Below, piece after piece: positions 52,819-63,146 of a stretch of DNA of 64,000 bases. Numbering within the stretch: the first letter of the stretch is position 1; each line of letters opens with the position of its first letter. Below the pieces are notes generated by a model. The model was not told where the DNA came from. It saw only the letters and a program-made list of their open reading frames with translations, and did not search any database. The DNA is from an uncultured Verrucomicrobiae bacterium (GTDB lineage Bacteria; Verrucomicrobiota; Verrucomicrobiia; Chthoniobacterales; JAFAMB01): positions 288,001-352,000 of the forward strand of contig CAWAIK010000001.1 in NCBI GenBank assembly GCA_963782115.1. Direction: 5' to 3'. The position numbers were made by a program, and so were the translations under genes.

Positions 52819-53121
52819 CATTGTACATATGGCAACGAGCCCTCTTGTTCTGCCAACGAATAGCGAGACCGAACGGTATCACGTACAGATTTCGTCTTTC
52901 CGACAATGCTGATCGACACTGCCAATTAGCAATCGTCCAATCTCCGCCGGCAAAGGTCGACTCCAGAACGATATTGCGGCCAAAAGAAAATGTTCTTCAA
53001 ACATCCTGATCGAAGTAGAGGATTTACTCGATAAACAGAAGCTAAAGCGTTGTCTGGAGGGTGTCGGAATCCGAACTCGCCATATCGAGTAAGCTGCCGG
53101 ATTGGTGCTTCGTACCGAGGT

Positions 53122-53220
53122 CCTAACGCAGTGTAGCACGTGTTCCGCACGATCTGCAGGAACCAGGTGCGGCAGGTTGTTCCCTCGTGGAAGCTCGCGA
53201 AAAAACGATGTGCATACCGG
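53122..53220 (-). pseudogene. ECF sigma factor region-2 fragment
   Basis: RFFASFHEG..RTWFLQIVRNTCYT. Confidence 0.55.
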
Positions 53221-53353
53221 CATTCGATAACATTTATTCCACTCCCTTTTTCTTGGCGCTGCGATTGGGAATAATTCCTGACCGCAATCGGTATGGACCT
53301 GATGACGGGTATGCTCCGGCACGCCCAATCCACCAATCAAAGTACAAAACACT

Positions 53354-54307
53354 ATGTCAGACTTTATCAAAACTAATTCCAATGAGGACGGTATTGATCG
53401 TCGAGGATTCCTCAAATGTATGGCCTGGGCTGGCACCGGCGTCATTTGGTCCATCAACGGGGGACTTCTGACTTCCACGGTCTTAGGCCAGGAAGCAAAC
53501 AACCGGAGTGCAATCGCGACGGCAGAACTGAACTTTGTTCAGATCAGCGACAGTCACATCGGCTTTAATAAAGCGGCCAACACGGACGTTGTTGGAACGT
53601 TTCGGGAGACGATTATGCGCGTTAACGCGTTACCGAAGGTCCCTGAGTTCCTGTTGCACACAGGGGATCTGACACATCTTTCTGATCCGGCTCAGTTCGA
53701 CACGCTCGATCAATTGCTGAAAGAATGCAAAACTAAGGATGTATTCTACGTGCCGGGCGAGCACGATATCTATGATGGCGGCGCGCAATTTCGGGAGCGA
53801 TTCGGTAAAAATACCATCGGGGCCGGATGGTACAGCTTCGACCAGAAAGGTGTCCACTTCATCGGGTTGGTCAATGTGGCAAATATCAAGGAGGGCGGCC
53901 TGGGTACTCTGGGACAGGAACAGCTCGACTGGCTTGAAAAAGACGTTAAAAGCCTGTCGGCCAGTACTCCCATCGTTCTGTTCGCGCATATCCCGTTATG
54001 GGCCGTCTATCCGCAATGGGGTTGGGGAACTGACGATGCCGAGAAAGCCCTCTCGCTTGTGAAGCGATTCGGATCGGTGACCGTTTTAAACGGCCACATT
54101 CACCAGGTCATGCAGAAGGTGGAGGGGAACATTACTTTCCATACTGCCAGGGGTACAGCCTTCCCCTTACCAACACCGGGTTCGGCGCCCAAACCGCTTC
54201 CAGTGGTCGTCGAAGCCGCTCAACTTAAGAAAATGCTCGGATTGACCAGCGTGAACTATACCGAGACAAACCATAGCTTGGCCGTGGTGGATTCGACACT
54301 CGGGTAA
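53354..54307 (+). CDS. Tat-exported metallophosphoesterase (Icc/CpdA-like)
   Basis: DRRGFL Tat motif, QISDSH, HTGD, PGEHD, FAHIP, NGHIH. Confidence 0.92.
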   Translation: MSDFIKTNSNEDGIDRRGFLKCMAWAGTGVIWSINGGLLTSTVLGQEANNRSAIATAELNFVQISDSHIGFNKAANTDVVGTFRETIMRVNALPKVPEFLLHTGDLTHLSDPAQFDTLDQLLKECKTKDVFYVPGEHDIYDGGAQFRERFGKNTIGAGWYSFDQKGVHFIGLVNVANIKEGGLGTLGQEQLDWLEKDVKSLSASTPIVLFAHIPLWAVYPQWGWGTDDAEKALSLVKRFGSVTVLNGHIHQVMQKVEGNITFHTARGTAFPLPTPGSAPKPLPVVVEAAQLKKMLGLTSVNYTETNHSLAVVDSTLG

Positions 54308-54413
54308 GCAGCGGAAGAGATTTCAATGATACCCTGGGATAAGTTCACGGCGCAACGACCCATTTCCCAATAAGCGAGGCTCCGTACCAGCCCGGGGGTG
54401 ACGCTTGCTCCCC

Positions 54414-54458
54414 GGCTCAGGCGGAGCTTCGCCCTACCGTGAGCTTCGCACTCCTACC
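54414..54458 (-). repeat. GTAG-type REP-like palindrome plus a partial second copy
   Basis: Minus strand GGTAG-GGCG-AAGCTC-CGCC-TGAGCC, downstream of the phosphoesterase. Confidence 0.55.
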
Positions 54459-54568
54459 GGTTTCTTCTCTTCGAGGCTTTCGAGTCAGCCGTAAATCCGC
54501 GGAATAATTGAATAATTGAATAATTAGTTATAAGTTACTTTTAATTAGGGATTTATATACTTACTAGT

Positions 54569-54617
54569 ACCGCCCTTTCACGGCGGTATCACGGGTTCGA
54601 TTCCCGCTAGGCCACCA
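54569..54617 (+). pseudogene. 3' fragment of tRNA-Glu(TTC), possible att remnant
   Basis: Anticodon arm ACCGCC-CTTTCAC-GGCGGT, T-arm CGGG-TTCGATT-CCCG, CCA end. There is no D-arm or 5' acceptor strand. Confidence 0.75.
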
Positions 54618-54878
54618 ACTAAACTTGCTCTCGCCAATCTCGGTCGCGAAGACGATTTCAGAGCGCACAATTCTGTTCAACGGTATTCGGCCGCTTCAAA
54701 GCAGTGAGCGACGGCTTGGAGCCATGCCCACGTCGTTGCCGATTTCACAGGGCCGTGCGCAGTGATCTCCGTACAGGCCGGAATGCCGCTGCCTTGGCAC
54801 TGTTCAACTCGACCTTGAACTGGATGCTGGCAAGTGTCAGTCTCGACTCCAAGACATGAAATTTGGAGCAAGAGACCT

Positions 54879-55035
54879 GTGGCGCTGAATGTTCTCTTCG
54901 TTGGGGTTACGGGCCAAATATCGCTTACATCTGTCCGTGAGGCCGTTGCTGTCGGGCACAAGGTCACGGTGTTCAATCGCGGAAGGTCGTCCGTGGCCGA
55001 GCTTCCGGCAGGCGTGACCACTATCGTCGGAGAAG
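54879..55035 (+). pseudogene. NAD-dependent epimerase/dehydratase N-terminal fragment
   Basis: LNVLFVGVTGQIS..GHKVTVFNRG..LPAGVTTIVG. Confidence 0.7.
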
Positions 55036-55154
55036 ACGCCTCTCGAGCCCAACAAGCTCGGTCACGTGGTGCAGGATGAGGATACTCTGATGGACCGTAT
55101 CATCGAGGACCAGGCAGCCCTCGGGAGCCACTGAAACTCTCCACTGAGCGCCAT

Positions 55155-55712
55155 TCAGGCTAGTTTCCAGAGCTCAAGCAAAGGGCCGTTTCGACCAACT
55201 ATCGGATCGGAATTGGGAAAGACCAAATGGGCCATTCGCGCAGCCATGGCGGCCGTCGGTGCCTCTCGGCAGATGTCCCAACGCTGGTCGGGCGGATAGG
55301 CTCCGACGACGAGGAAGTCGGATGTGGTGTCGAGGCAACAATGGCCTGTGCCCGTCGGAAGGACCGCAACATCCCCAGCTCGGACATCGATTTCACGCCC
55401 TCCGGGTCCTCCCAGCACCAGCCTCGCCGAACCGCTCGCAAACCCTAGCACCTCATGTGCGGTAGAATGATAGTGATGGTAGAAATAAACGCCATTTCGC
55501 CATTGCGCCGGCCAGCCAGTGCGCTCGAAGAGCGCCTCGAAGGTCGAAGCCGCGTCTTCGCCATCTCCAGGTGTAATCACGCCACGATACAGGAGGATGG
55601 GAAGAACTGGATTGTTTGGCACCCAGTCGTTCGCGTAAAGGAGAAAGGATTCAGGCTTCACGGGCGATTTTCCGTCTTGACTGAGCGCTGCTATGCCCGC
55701 GAATGAGCCCAC
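55155..55712 (-). CDS. Cupin domain protein (YjlB-like)
   Basis: [46 protein letters not shown]. Confidence 0.88.
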   Translation of the reverse strand: MGSFAGIAALSQDGKSPVKPESFLLYANDWVPNNPVLPILLYRGVITPGDGEDAASTFEALFERTGWPAQWRNGVYFYHHYHSTAHEVLGFASGSARLVLGGPGGREIDVRAGDVAVLPTGTGHCCLDTTSDFLVVGAYPPDQRWDICREAPTAAMAARMAHLVFPNSDPIVGRNGPLLELWKLA

Positions 55713-55754
55713 TGCTCCAGCGGTTATGATCTTTATAAGGGTACAGCTTGCGGA

Positions 55755-56114
55755 TTAAGCGTAGGAACAAAACCAGAGTTTGTTTCCCTCTGAGTCCAGG
55801 AACCCACCGACCCAGAACTTGTCTTCGTACAGCTTCACCGGATCAGATATGGTGATTGCTCGTTCTGTTAGTCCTTTTTCGGTCTCTCGAGCGTCTTGTA
55901 CTTGCAAGGTGATGCGCGGATTTGGATCGTCGGTTGGAGGATGTTGGCGGATAACCAGCACCGAGTTACCGATTCGATAACCCACCTCGCCGGTCGCCTC
56001 GTGATCTTCTTCCAGTTGAAGTGTTTCCGAGTAGAAACGCTTGGCCCGAACGACATCAGTTGCGGCCAGTGCAATTACCTTGACTGATTGGAATCGAAGG
56101 GGGGAATTTTTCAT
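55755..56114 (-). CDS. VOC/glyoxalase family protein
   Basis: ATDVVRAKRFYSETL, ITLQVQD, FLDSEGN. Confidence 0.82.
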   Translation of the reverse strand: MKNSPLRFQSVKVIALAATDVVRAKRFYSETLQLEEDHEATGEVGYRIGNSVLVIRQHPPTDDPNPRITLQVQDARETEKGLTERAITISDPVKLYEDKFWVGGFLDSEGNKLWFCSYA

Positions 56115-56291
56115 TTGAGCTTTCTTATTATCCCACCTGGCCCTAATAAGCAACTTAGAAGCTTGACCAGTTCAAGTGTCGTCTACGTCGATGGAAGTGC
56201 GGTCCGGTTGGCCTCACCCCACTCAGTGAGGCCGAAGAAAACGATTGCTCGAAACCTGAGGCCATCTGCTCAGGCAACGCTTCCGGTCCGA

Positions 56292-56477
56292 CTACCGGCC
56301 AATTTCGGAGATTTGCTGCTTCAGTTGCTCAATCTCAGCCAACGCCTCTGCACGCTGTTCTTTGAGAGAATTTAGGTAGGCGTCTTTCTCGGCCATTTCC
56401 CTAACTAGGTGCGAGGTAATGATCATCTGGTTGAGCAACGCTTTCTGATTTGGGTCCTCGATCGGTACATCTCTCAT
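56292..56477 (-). CDS. Small hypothetical coiled-coil protein
   Basis: ATG preceded by AGGAGAGG; helical composition. Confidence 0.45.
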   Translation of the reverse strand: MRDVPIEDPNQKALLNQMIITSHLVREMAEKDAYLNSLKEQRAEALAEIEQLKQQISEIGR

Positions 56478-56689
56478 TTGTCATCATCCTCTCCTTCGTT
56501 TTACGGATAGGCGCTTCGCCGCCCATTGGCCTTCTTGAGGCTTTGAGACATCGCCCACCTGTCAATTATGGTATCTATTGTAAGTTTTATTAAAGTATCA
56601 TTTTAATTGTATTTGCAAATAAAAAAAAAGAAAGTGCGATCCGGAATGTTAAGGCAGAATGAAACCATGACGACGTGGCATGCGGCACG

Positions 56690-56850
56690 CCAGGCACCCA
56701 TTCCTCTTCAGGGATTCTTTGGAGGATGCCCAGCTCTCCGGAGATTCGATCGTCGGTCCAACCCTCCAGCTCAAAGATTGCATCCAAGTCTGCCGACGAA
56801 GCCGCAGCATCGAAGACTCCAACAGGAGGGAACAGGCAGCCCACTTCGGC
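56690..56850 (-). pseudogene. RES-domain protein N-terminal fragment
   Basis: FPPVGVFD..DLDAIFELEGWTDDR..ELG.L..IP.EEWV.G.P.AT. Confidence 0.65.
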
Positions 56851-56907
56851 GGGCTCGCGCCGGTGCGTGACATGACGGGTGTTTTCCCCCTTTTGCGATG
56901 TCAGAGA

Positions 56908-57765
56908 CTAGGAGTGTTTAGTTGGCTGGTGCTCCAGGGTGCGCGCGCTCTGGTCCTTTTTGTCTTCGAGCCAAGCAACGTCTTCCTTGGAATCGGCGAA
57001 GCCCTTCAGGCCTGCTTCGAGGATGGCGGAATCGGGGACCTTATGTAGAGGCGTGTACCTGGGATGGTGCGACTCCTTATAGGGGTTGTTGCGAGCCGCG
57101 TTGTAACAGCAGATCATGGACCAGCGGGGCTTATCGGAAGTATTTTCGGCCGAGGCATGGAGAAGATTGCTGTGGAAGAAGAGCACATCGCCGGGATCCA
57201 TCTCGACGTAGACCAGCGGGAGACGCTCGAGGATTGCGGCGACGCGTTCCTTGTCAGCGCCGGCCTGATCTCCCGTCAGTACGTGGTCGACTCTTCCAAG
57301 GAGATGAGAACCCTCTATGACCTGAAGGCAACCGTTTTCGCGAGTGGCCGGATCGACAGCAATGGATGCGCTGCAGAGGTCGGGTGAAAGGACGCCATTC
57401 TGATACCAGTAGCCGTAGTCCTGATGCCAGGCCCAGGCACCGCCGGTCTTCGCATCTTTCATGATCATCTTTGAATGGTAGTGATAAACCTCGTCGTCCA
57501 GAATCCGCTCGGCGGAGTTGACGATCGATTCGCAGCGCGCGAACATGCCGTAGATGGTGTCACCCGGGTGGTTCCAAAGCGAAAGGCGGACAATCTTGCC
57601 GCGGCCGTCGTCTCGTCCAAAGGCGTGGTCGTCAAGGGCTTTATCCTGCTTCGCGGAGCGCCGAAGCAAGTCGATTTCCTGCGAATTGAACATGCGGCGG
57701 ACTAGTGTGTAGCCTTTTTGCCGGTATTCAGTGAGTCGATCTGAAGTCATGGGGCCGCTGGCCAT
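56908..57765 (-). CDS. PhyH-family Fe(II)/2-oxoglutarate dioxygenase (proline 4-hydroxylase/EctD-like)
   Basis: YHYHSKMIMK, WHQDYGYWY, ENGCLQVIEGSH, GDVLFFHSNLLHAS..N. Confidence 0.9.
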   Translation of the reverse strand: MASGPMTSDRLTEYRQKGYTLVRRMFNSQEIDLLRRSAKQDKALDDHAFGRDDGRGKIVRLSLWNHPGDTIYGMFARCESIVNSAERILDDEVYHYHSKMIMKDAKTGGAWAWHQDYGYWYQNGVLSPDLCSASIAVDPATRENGCLQVIEGSHLLGRVDHVLTGDQAGADKERVAAILERLPLVYVEMDPGDVLFFHSNLLHASAENTSDKPRWSMICCYNAARNNPYKESHHPRYTPLHKVPDSAILEAGLKGFADSKEDVAWLEDKKDQSARTLEHQPTKHS

Positions 57766-58205
57766 AAGAGAAGGTCCTATTTCGGATTTTCTCACCGAGT
57801 GCAGGCCCGTACAAGGGCGGCCTGCGATAAAGTTGCTGGCTGTTTGAGTTAGGCTAATTGCCGAGGCTCAAGGCGGTCCGCTTTGGCCAGATCGGCTTTT
57901 GCTTTATCAGGTTTTGTAGGCGAGGGCGCGGTTGTAGTAGGCATTAGTATTTCTAAAGTTTTGCGTTCTTACGTCGTTGTTAAAAGCAAAACGAAGATTT
58001 GCCGTTCCGAATGATGAAACCCATACCTATTTCAGAGAATACAAATAGCCCGACGGGACGCATTCTGATTATTGCGTGCTCAATTGGACTCGCATTCACA
58101 AATTTTATCCTTTGGCGTAGAGAATACGGGAATGGCACCCTGACACGGATACACTCCGGTCGTTACCGTTGCTGAGCTTTGCGAAGGACTCCACAATGGC
58201 TGGCT

Positions 58206-58553
58206 CTAGTTCTCTGGGTGATCTTCAACGGTTTTTAGCTGTAAACCTGCGGACGACGCGCTCAGGAGGTAGTTTTCGAGCAAGCCGACCGTTTGAGTGC
58301 GGATTCCATCGATCTGGCATTCACTAAGCCCCAAGCAGGCCCCTATCTCGGAGAGCTTGAAATCCTCGTGGTAGTACATAGCCAAAATTTTCTTACCTGT
58401 CGGAGGGAGCTGCTCAAGCTGTTGAACGAGAAGCGCCAAAAGACGCTTGCTTTCCAAGCTTCCCAATGAGGAAATGCGGCGCTCGTTTGCGGTAAGATCT
58501 TGCAAAAAGCGGTCATCCGCCCCCGGGTGATTATCGGCAAGGACTCGGACCAT
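58206..58553 (-). CDS. Stand-alone sigma-70 region 4 (FliA-like) protein, or a sigma factor remnant
   Basis: LEQLP...KKILAMYYHEDFKLSEIGACLGLSE; lacks region 2. Confidence 0.6.
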   Translation of the reverse strand: MVRVLADNHPGADDRFLQDLTANERRISSLGSLESKRLLALLVQQLEQLPPTGKKILAMYYHEDFKLSEIGACLGLSECQIDGIRTQTVGLLENYLLSASSAGLQLKTVEDHPEN

Positions 58554-58618
58554 GAGGGTAATTGTGTGGGAAAAAGACTAGTGGGACAATCACCCGTTCG
58601 GGTAAGCTGCCAGCGAGT

Positions 58619-59461
58619 TCAAGCTTCCGTGTGACGTTTGACCGTCCTGCGATTGCGTTGCGCTCCTCTCTTCTTCGCGCCGATATCCAGCTCGATCCAG
58701 GTCGGCGCGTGGTCGCTAGCATGAGGCCGGCCGCGAACCCAGCGATCGACGCCGGCATCGTGTAGGCGTGGCGCCAGTTCGGCGCTGAGCAGCAAATGAT
58801 CGATGCGCAAGCCCGAGTTCTTCTCCCAGTGCTGCCGGAAATAATCCCAGAAGGTGTAGATGCGTTCGTCTGGATAGCGCGCGCGCACGGAATCGGTCCA
58901 TCCCTGAGCAAGCAGGCGCTGATAGCACTCGCGGCTTGCAGGTTGTAGCAGCGCATCCTTCAACCAAGAACGCGGGTTGTAAATATCCTCATCGGTCGGG
59001 ACGACATTGTAGTCGCCCGCAAGCACTACTTGATGACCGCCGCCGTAAAGGCCCGCGGCGTAGTTGATCAGACGTTCGAACCAGGCCAGTTTGTAATCGA
59101 ATTTGGGACCAGGCTGCGGGTTGCCGTTCGGCAAGTACAGGCAGCCGACGATCACGTCGTGCGCTACTGCTTCGAGGTAGCGGCTGTGCCTGTCTTCTTT
59201 GCCGCCGGGAAGCCCGCGGCGGCTTTCGAGGGGGTCCATTCCTTTGGCGAGAATGGCCACGCCGTTCCACGATGCCTGCCCATGCCAGATGGCTCCGTAA
59301 CCGGCCGCGTGAATGTCATTGATCGGAAAAGCGGCGTCGGGTGCCTTCAGTTCCTGCAAGCAGACCACATCCGGCTCTTCGCGCTCCAGCCATTCGAGCA
59401 AGGCCGGCAACCGGGAGCGGATGCCGTTGATATTAAAGGTAGCGATTTTGAGGGTATTCAT
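58619..59461 (-). CDS. xth: Exodeoxyribonuclease III
   Basis: IATFNING, LQELK, WNGVAIL, YLPNGNP, GDYN, YTFWDY, GLRIDHLL, SDHAP. Confidence 0.95.
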   Translation of the reverse strand: MNTLKIATFNINGIRSRLPALLEWLEREEPDVVCLQELKAPDAAFPINDIHAAGYGAIWHGQASWNGVAILAKGMDPLESRRGLPGGKEDRHSRYLEAVAHDVIVGCLYLPNGNPQPGPKFDYKLAWFERLINYAAGLYGGGHQVVLAGDYNVVPTDEDIYNPRSWLKDALLQPASRECYQRLLAQGWTDSVRARYPDERIYTFWDYFRQHWEKNSGLRIDHLLLSAELAPRLHDAGVDRWVRGRPHASDHAPTWIELDIGAKKRGAQRNRRTVKRHTEA

Positions 59462-59550
59462 GGGATGAGCCTCGGTGTTAAGGGATGGCGACACCGAGGC
59501 TATTCTGCCCCGCGTACTGTTCGATGGCTAGAAGACAGAGCTGGTCGTAC

Positions 59551-60993
59551 TTAGGGACGTCTATTAAGATGGCTGTTTCTGTACCCATAGCCGAAGTAGA
59601 TAGCCATCCCGAGCACTAGCCAAGCGACTAGACGCATCCATGTGGCGAAAGGCAGAAAAAGCATCTGACCTAGACAGATGATCGCTCCGGCAACTGGAAT
59701 GAATGGGACCCAAGGGGTTCGGAATTGTCGCTCCAACTCGGGCCTTGTTTTCCGAAGAATGACCACGCTGATGCAGACAATCGTAAATGCCAGCAATGTG
59801 CCGATCGATACCATCGAGCTGAGAACGTCAATCGGTAGAACGCCGGCCAGAATGGCCGCGCACAATCCTGTTAACAATGTTGTCGTCGTCGGCGTTCGGA
59901 ATTTAGGATGAACCTGAGCGAAGGCTTTTGGAAAAAGACCGTCCACCGCCATCCGATGAAAGATCCGGGGCTGCGCCAACAGCAGAACTAAGACGACCGA
60001 GCTAAGACCACCGATCGCGCCAATTTCGATCCAGGGCCGGAGCCACGCCAACGCTGGCCCGCAGCGCTCCACGGCTAAAGCAACCGGTGCCGCGACGTTT
60101 AGCTCTTTGTACGGAACAACGCCGGTTAAGACGAGGGACACTGATATATACAGGACCGTACAGACCAATAGCGATCCGAGAATTCCGATGGGGATGTCAC
60201 GGCTTGGTTTTACGACTTCCTGAGCAGCGCAGGAGACGGCATCAAACCCAATGTATGCGTAAAAGATAATGCCCGCTGCCGCAAAGATTCCGGTCCATCC
60301 AAAAACACCCACATGACCGGTATTCGGCGGGACGAAGGGGACCCAGTTCGAAGCCTTTACATGTGGGAAACAGAAAATGAGAAAGGCGGTTACGACAGCT
60401 AACTTAACTGCGACGATGATCGAATTGACCAAAGTGGATTCCTGGATTCCCGATATCAATAGGCAAGTGATCAAAACTATGACGAAAACCGCGGGCACAT
60501 TTAGAAACGCGCCGGTTGCCAAAAAATGCTCGCCTTCGAAACTTAACGGGGCGTGAGAGAGCTCCGGCGGAATATGAAATTCCAACTGTCCGAGCAGCTT
60601 CACTGCATAGCCAGACCAGCCGGTCGCAACGGTGGCCGCACCCACCATGTACTCCAAGATGAGATCCCATCCGATAATCCAGGCGAGGAGCTCCCCGATC
60701 GTGGCATACGCATAACTGTAAGCGCTTCCGGAAAGCGGTATCATCGAGGCAAATTCAGCATAACAAAGACCGGAACAGAGGCAGCCAAGCCCGGAGATAA
60801 TAAAGGAAATGGCCAGTGCCGGCCCCGCATGCTCAGCGGCTGCAGTCCCGGTTAGCACAAAAATACCTGTCCCAACGATACATCCGATGCCCAAAAGAAT
60901 CAGGTGAAACCCATTGAGCACTCTTTTCAACGATTGTGAATTCTCCTCTTCTTCGAGCAACTGCTTTATTGGTTTGCATCTGAATAGATTCAT
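59551..60993 (-). CDS. APC-family amino acid permease
   Basis: GIGCIVGTGIF, CYAEFASMIP.SGSAYSY, FYAYIGFD, PRIF..MA.DGL; about 12 TM helices. Confidence 0.95.
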   Translation of the reverse strand: MNLFRCKPIKQLLEEEENSQSLKRVLNGFHLILLGIGCIVGTGIFVLTGTAAAEHAGPALAISFIISGLGCLCSGLCYAEFASMIPLSGSAYSYAYATIGELLAWIIGWDLILEYMVGAATVATGWSGYAVKLLGQLEFHIPPELSHAPLSFEGEHFLATGAFLNVPAVFVIVLITCLLISGIQESTLVNSIIVAVKLAVVTAFLIFCFPHVKASNWVPFVPPNTGHVGVFGWTGIFAAAGIIFYAYIGFDAVSCAAQEVVKPSRDIPIGILGSLLVCTVLYISVSLVLTGVVPYKELNVAAPVALAVERCGPALAWLRPWIEIGAIGGLSSVVLVLLLAQPRIFHRMAVDGLFPKAFAQVHPKFRTPTTTTLLTGLCAAILAGVLPIDVLSSMVSIGTLLAFTIVCISVVILRKTRPELERQFRTPWVPFIPVAGAIICLGQMLFLPFATWMRLVAWLVLGMAIYFGYGYRNSHLNRRP

Positions 60994-61331
60994 GGCATTG
61001 CGTTTGAGTCAGGATTTAATTGGTGCAAGGATTTTATACCAGGTCGGCTATAGCATTTGCGATGCCTTAATTGTGGACTGTGTAGCGCCTTACTCTGGCA
61101 GCAAAGGGAATCCCGTGAATACACGCACTCCGCCGCTACCTTCGTGCGCGTGTCCTCTCGGAGTTTGAACCGCGGGAACGACCGACCCTTGGCGAGGTGC
61201 CCGAAGCTGAAGGAGCAAGATTGCGCGCCCCAAACAACAAATGAATACAGAGTACAGGCAATATCGATCGATCTCTCGCCCCCTTCAGGGCTAGACCTTT
61301 CCCTTCAAAAGTGTAGATTTTCGATCTTTCT

Positions 61332-63146
61332 ATGAGTACACCGAGCGTAACAGAGGTCGCCCCTTCAGATTTGATTCGTGATGTCGTGGCCGCCGATCTG
61401 CGCACCAAAAATTTCCCGCCAATCCATACCCGGTTTCCGCCGGAACCGAATGGTTATCTCCATATAGGACATGCGAAGTCGATCTGTCTCAATTTTGGTA
61501 TCGCCAGAGAATTCGCCGGCAGTTGTAACCTGAGGATGGATGACACAAATCCTACGAAAGAGGAAAGTGAATATGTCGAATCAATCAGGGAAGATGTGAA
61601 CTGGCTGATCCGCGACTGGGCGGACCATGCCCTGGGTCTCAAGGCGATTGGACAAACCTGCGCTGTCCGGCAGATAGATGGGAAGCGGGACTTTTGTCTG
61701 AAGCCGCTTAGCGCAGTCCCCAATGATCCGGATCCAACGCACCCTTTTTCCGAGGGCGCACGCGAGGCGGAGCCATTCTACGCATCCGATTACTTTGATC
61801 AGATGTTCGAATATGCACTCGAACTGATAGCGAAGGGTAAGGCTTATGTCGACGACCTTTCGCCGGAAGATACCGACAGCTATCGGATTGCGGGCAAGGA
61901 GAGCCCGTTCCGAGGACGCTCATCCATTGAGAATCGGGCGCTTTTCGATCAGATGCGCTTAGGCGCGTTTCCGGATGGGACTTGCACTTTGCGGGCAAAA
62001 ATCGATATGAAGGCGCCGAACGTTTGGCTGCGAGATCCGATTCTTTACCGGATTCGGCATGCTTTTCATCACCGGACGGGAAATCGGTGGTGCATCTACC
62101 CGATGTACGATTTTGCTCATTGCCTGAGCGACTATATCGAAGGCATTACCCACTCGATATGCACGCTGGAATTCGAAGTTCATCGGCCTCTCTACGAGTG
62201 GATTCTGCAAAACCTCGATTTGCCTCGCCGCATCCCGCGTCAGTATGAATTCGCCCGTCTGAATCTCACCTATACCGTCCTGAGTAAACGGAAACTCATG
62301 CAACTTGTCGAGGAGGGGCTTGTTTCCGGATGGGACGACCCGCGCCTGCCGACCATCTCGGGCCTGAGACGCCGCGGAGTAACCGCGAGTGCGCTGCGCA
62401 CCTTCGCTTACAACATTGGCATAACGAAATACGACGGAGTCACTGACGTCGCGGTGCTTGAGCACGCGATCAGAGACGAGTTAAACAAAACTGCGCTCCG
62501 GCGTCTCGCGGTATTGCGGCCAATCAAAGTCGTTCTGACCAATTATCCGGAACATCAAACCGAGAACCTAACCGCCGTCAATAATCCTGAGGACCCGGCA
62601 GCGGGAACACGCCAGATTGAATTCAGTCGCGAGATCTATATTGAAAGCGAAGACTTCATGGAGAATCCGCCGCCGAAATATTTCCGCCTGCGACCCGGCG
62701 GCGAGGTACGGCTTAAATACGGGTACATCATTAGGTGCGACGAGGTCATCAAAAATTCGGCAGGCGAGATTTTACAACTACGCTGTACGGCAGATCTGGA
62801 AAGCAAAAGCGGCGGCGCAAACGCAAATCGAAAGATTAAGGGCACGATTCATTGGGTAAACGCCAAGAATTCGATCGATGCGGAGGTGCGCCTTCATGAC
62901 CGGCTTTTCACGGAACCAGAACCCGAGGCCGTCACCGACTTCAAATGTTGTTTGAATCCTCACTCGCTAGAAGTCGTGCAGGCCCGTTGCGAGGCGAGTC
63001 TCGGCGATGTGCAAGGCGAGATGCGTTATCAATTCGAGCGTCTGGGCTATTTTGCGGTGGATGAAGAAAGCAGACCCGGACGTTTAATATTAAATCGCAC
63101 GATTCCTTTAAGAGATTCCTGGGCGAAACTGGCACAGAAAAAGTGA
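61332..63146 (+). CDS. glnS: Glutamine--tRNA ligase
   Basis: TRFPPEPNGYLHIGH, YPMYDFAH, ITHSICTLEF, VLSKR, WDDPRLPT, KGTIHWV, QFERLGYF. Confidence 0.97.
   Translation: MSTPSVTEVAPSDLIRDVVAADLRTKNFPPIHTRFPPEPNGYLHIGHAKSICLNFGIAREFAGSCNLRMDDTNPTKEESEYVESIREDVNWLIRDWADHALGLKAIGQTCAVRQIDGKRDFCLKPLSAVPNDPDPTHPFSEGAREAEPFYASDYFDQMFEYALELIAKGKAYVDDLSPEDTDSYRIAGKESPFRGRSSIENRALFDQMRLGAFPDGTCTLRAKIDMKAPNVWLRDPILYRIRHAFHHRTGNRWCIYPMYDFAHCLSDYIEGITHSICTLEFEVHRPLYEWILQNLDLPRRIPRQYEFARLNLTYTVLSKRKLMQLVEEGLVSGWDDPRLPTISGLRRRGVTASALRTFAYNIGITKYDGVTDVAVLEHAIRDELNKTALRRLAVLRPIKVVLTNYPEHQTENLTAVNNPEDPAAGTRQIEFSREIYIESEDFMENPPPKYFRLRPGGEVRLKYGYIIRCDEVIKNSAGEILQLRCTADLESKSGGANANRKIKGTIHWVNAKNSIDAEVRLHDRLFTEPEPEAVTDFKCCLNPHSLEVVQARCEASLGDVQGEMRYQFERLGYFAVDEESRPGRLILNRTIPLRDSWAKLAQKK

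Noticed and set aside
54569..54617. Functional tRNA-Glu gene
   Set aside because: No D-arm or 5' acceptor strand; reported as a fragment instead.
61095..61265. Riboswitch-like words upstream of glnS (AGGGAATCCCGTGAA; GAAGGAGCAA)
   Set aside because: The required pairings and the remaining conserved elements of cobalamin or glycine riboswitches are missing. An Infernal/Rfam scan would settle it.
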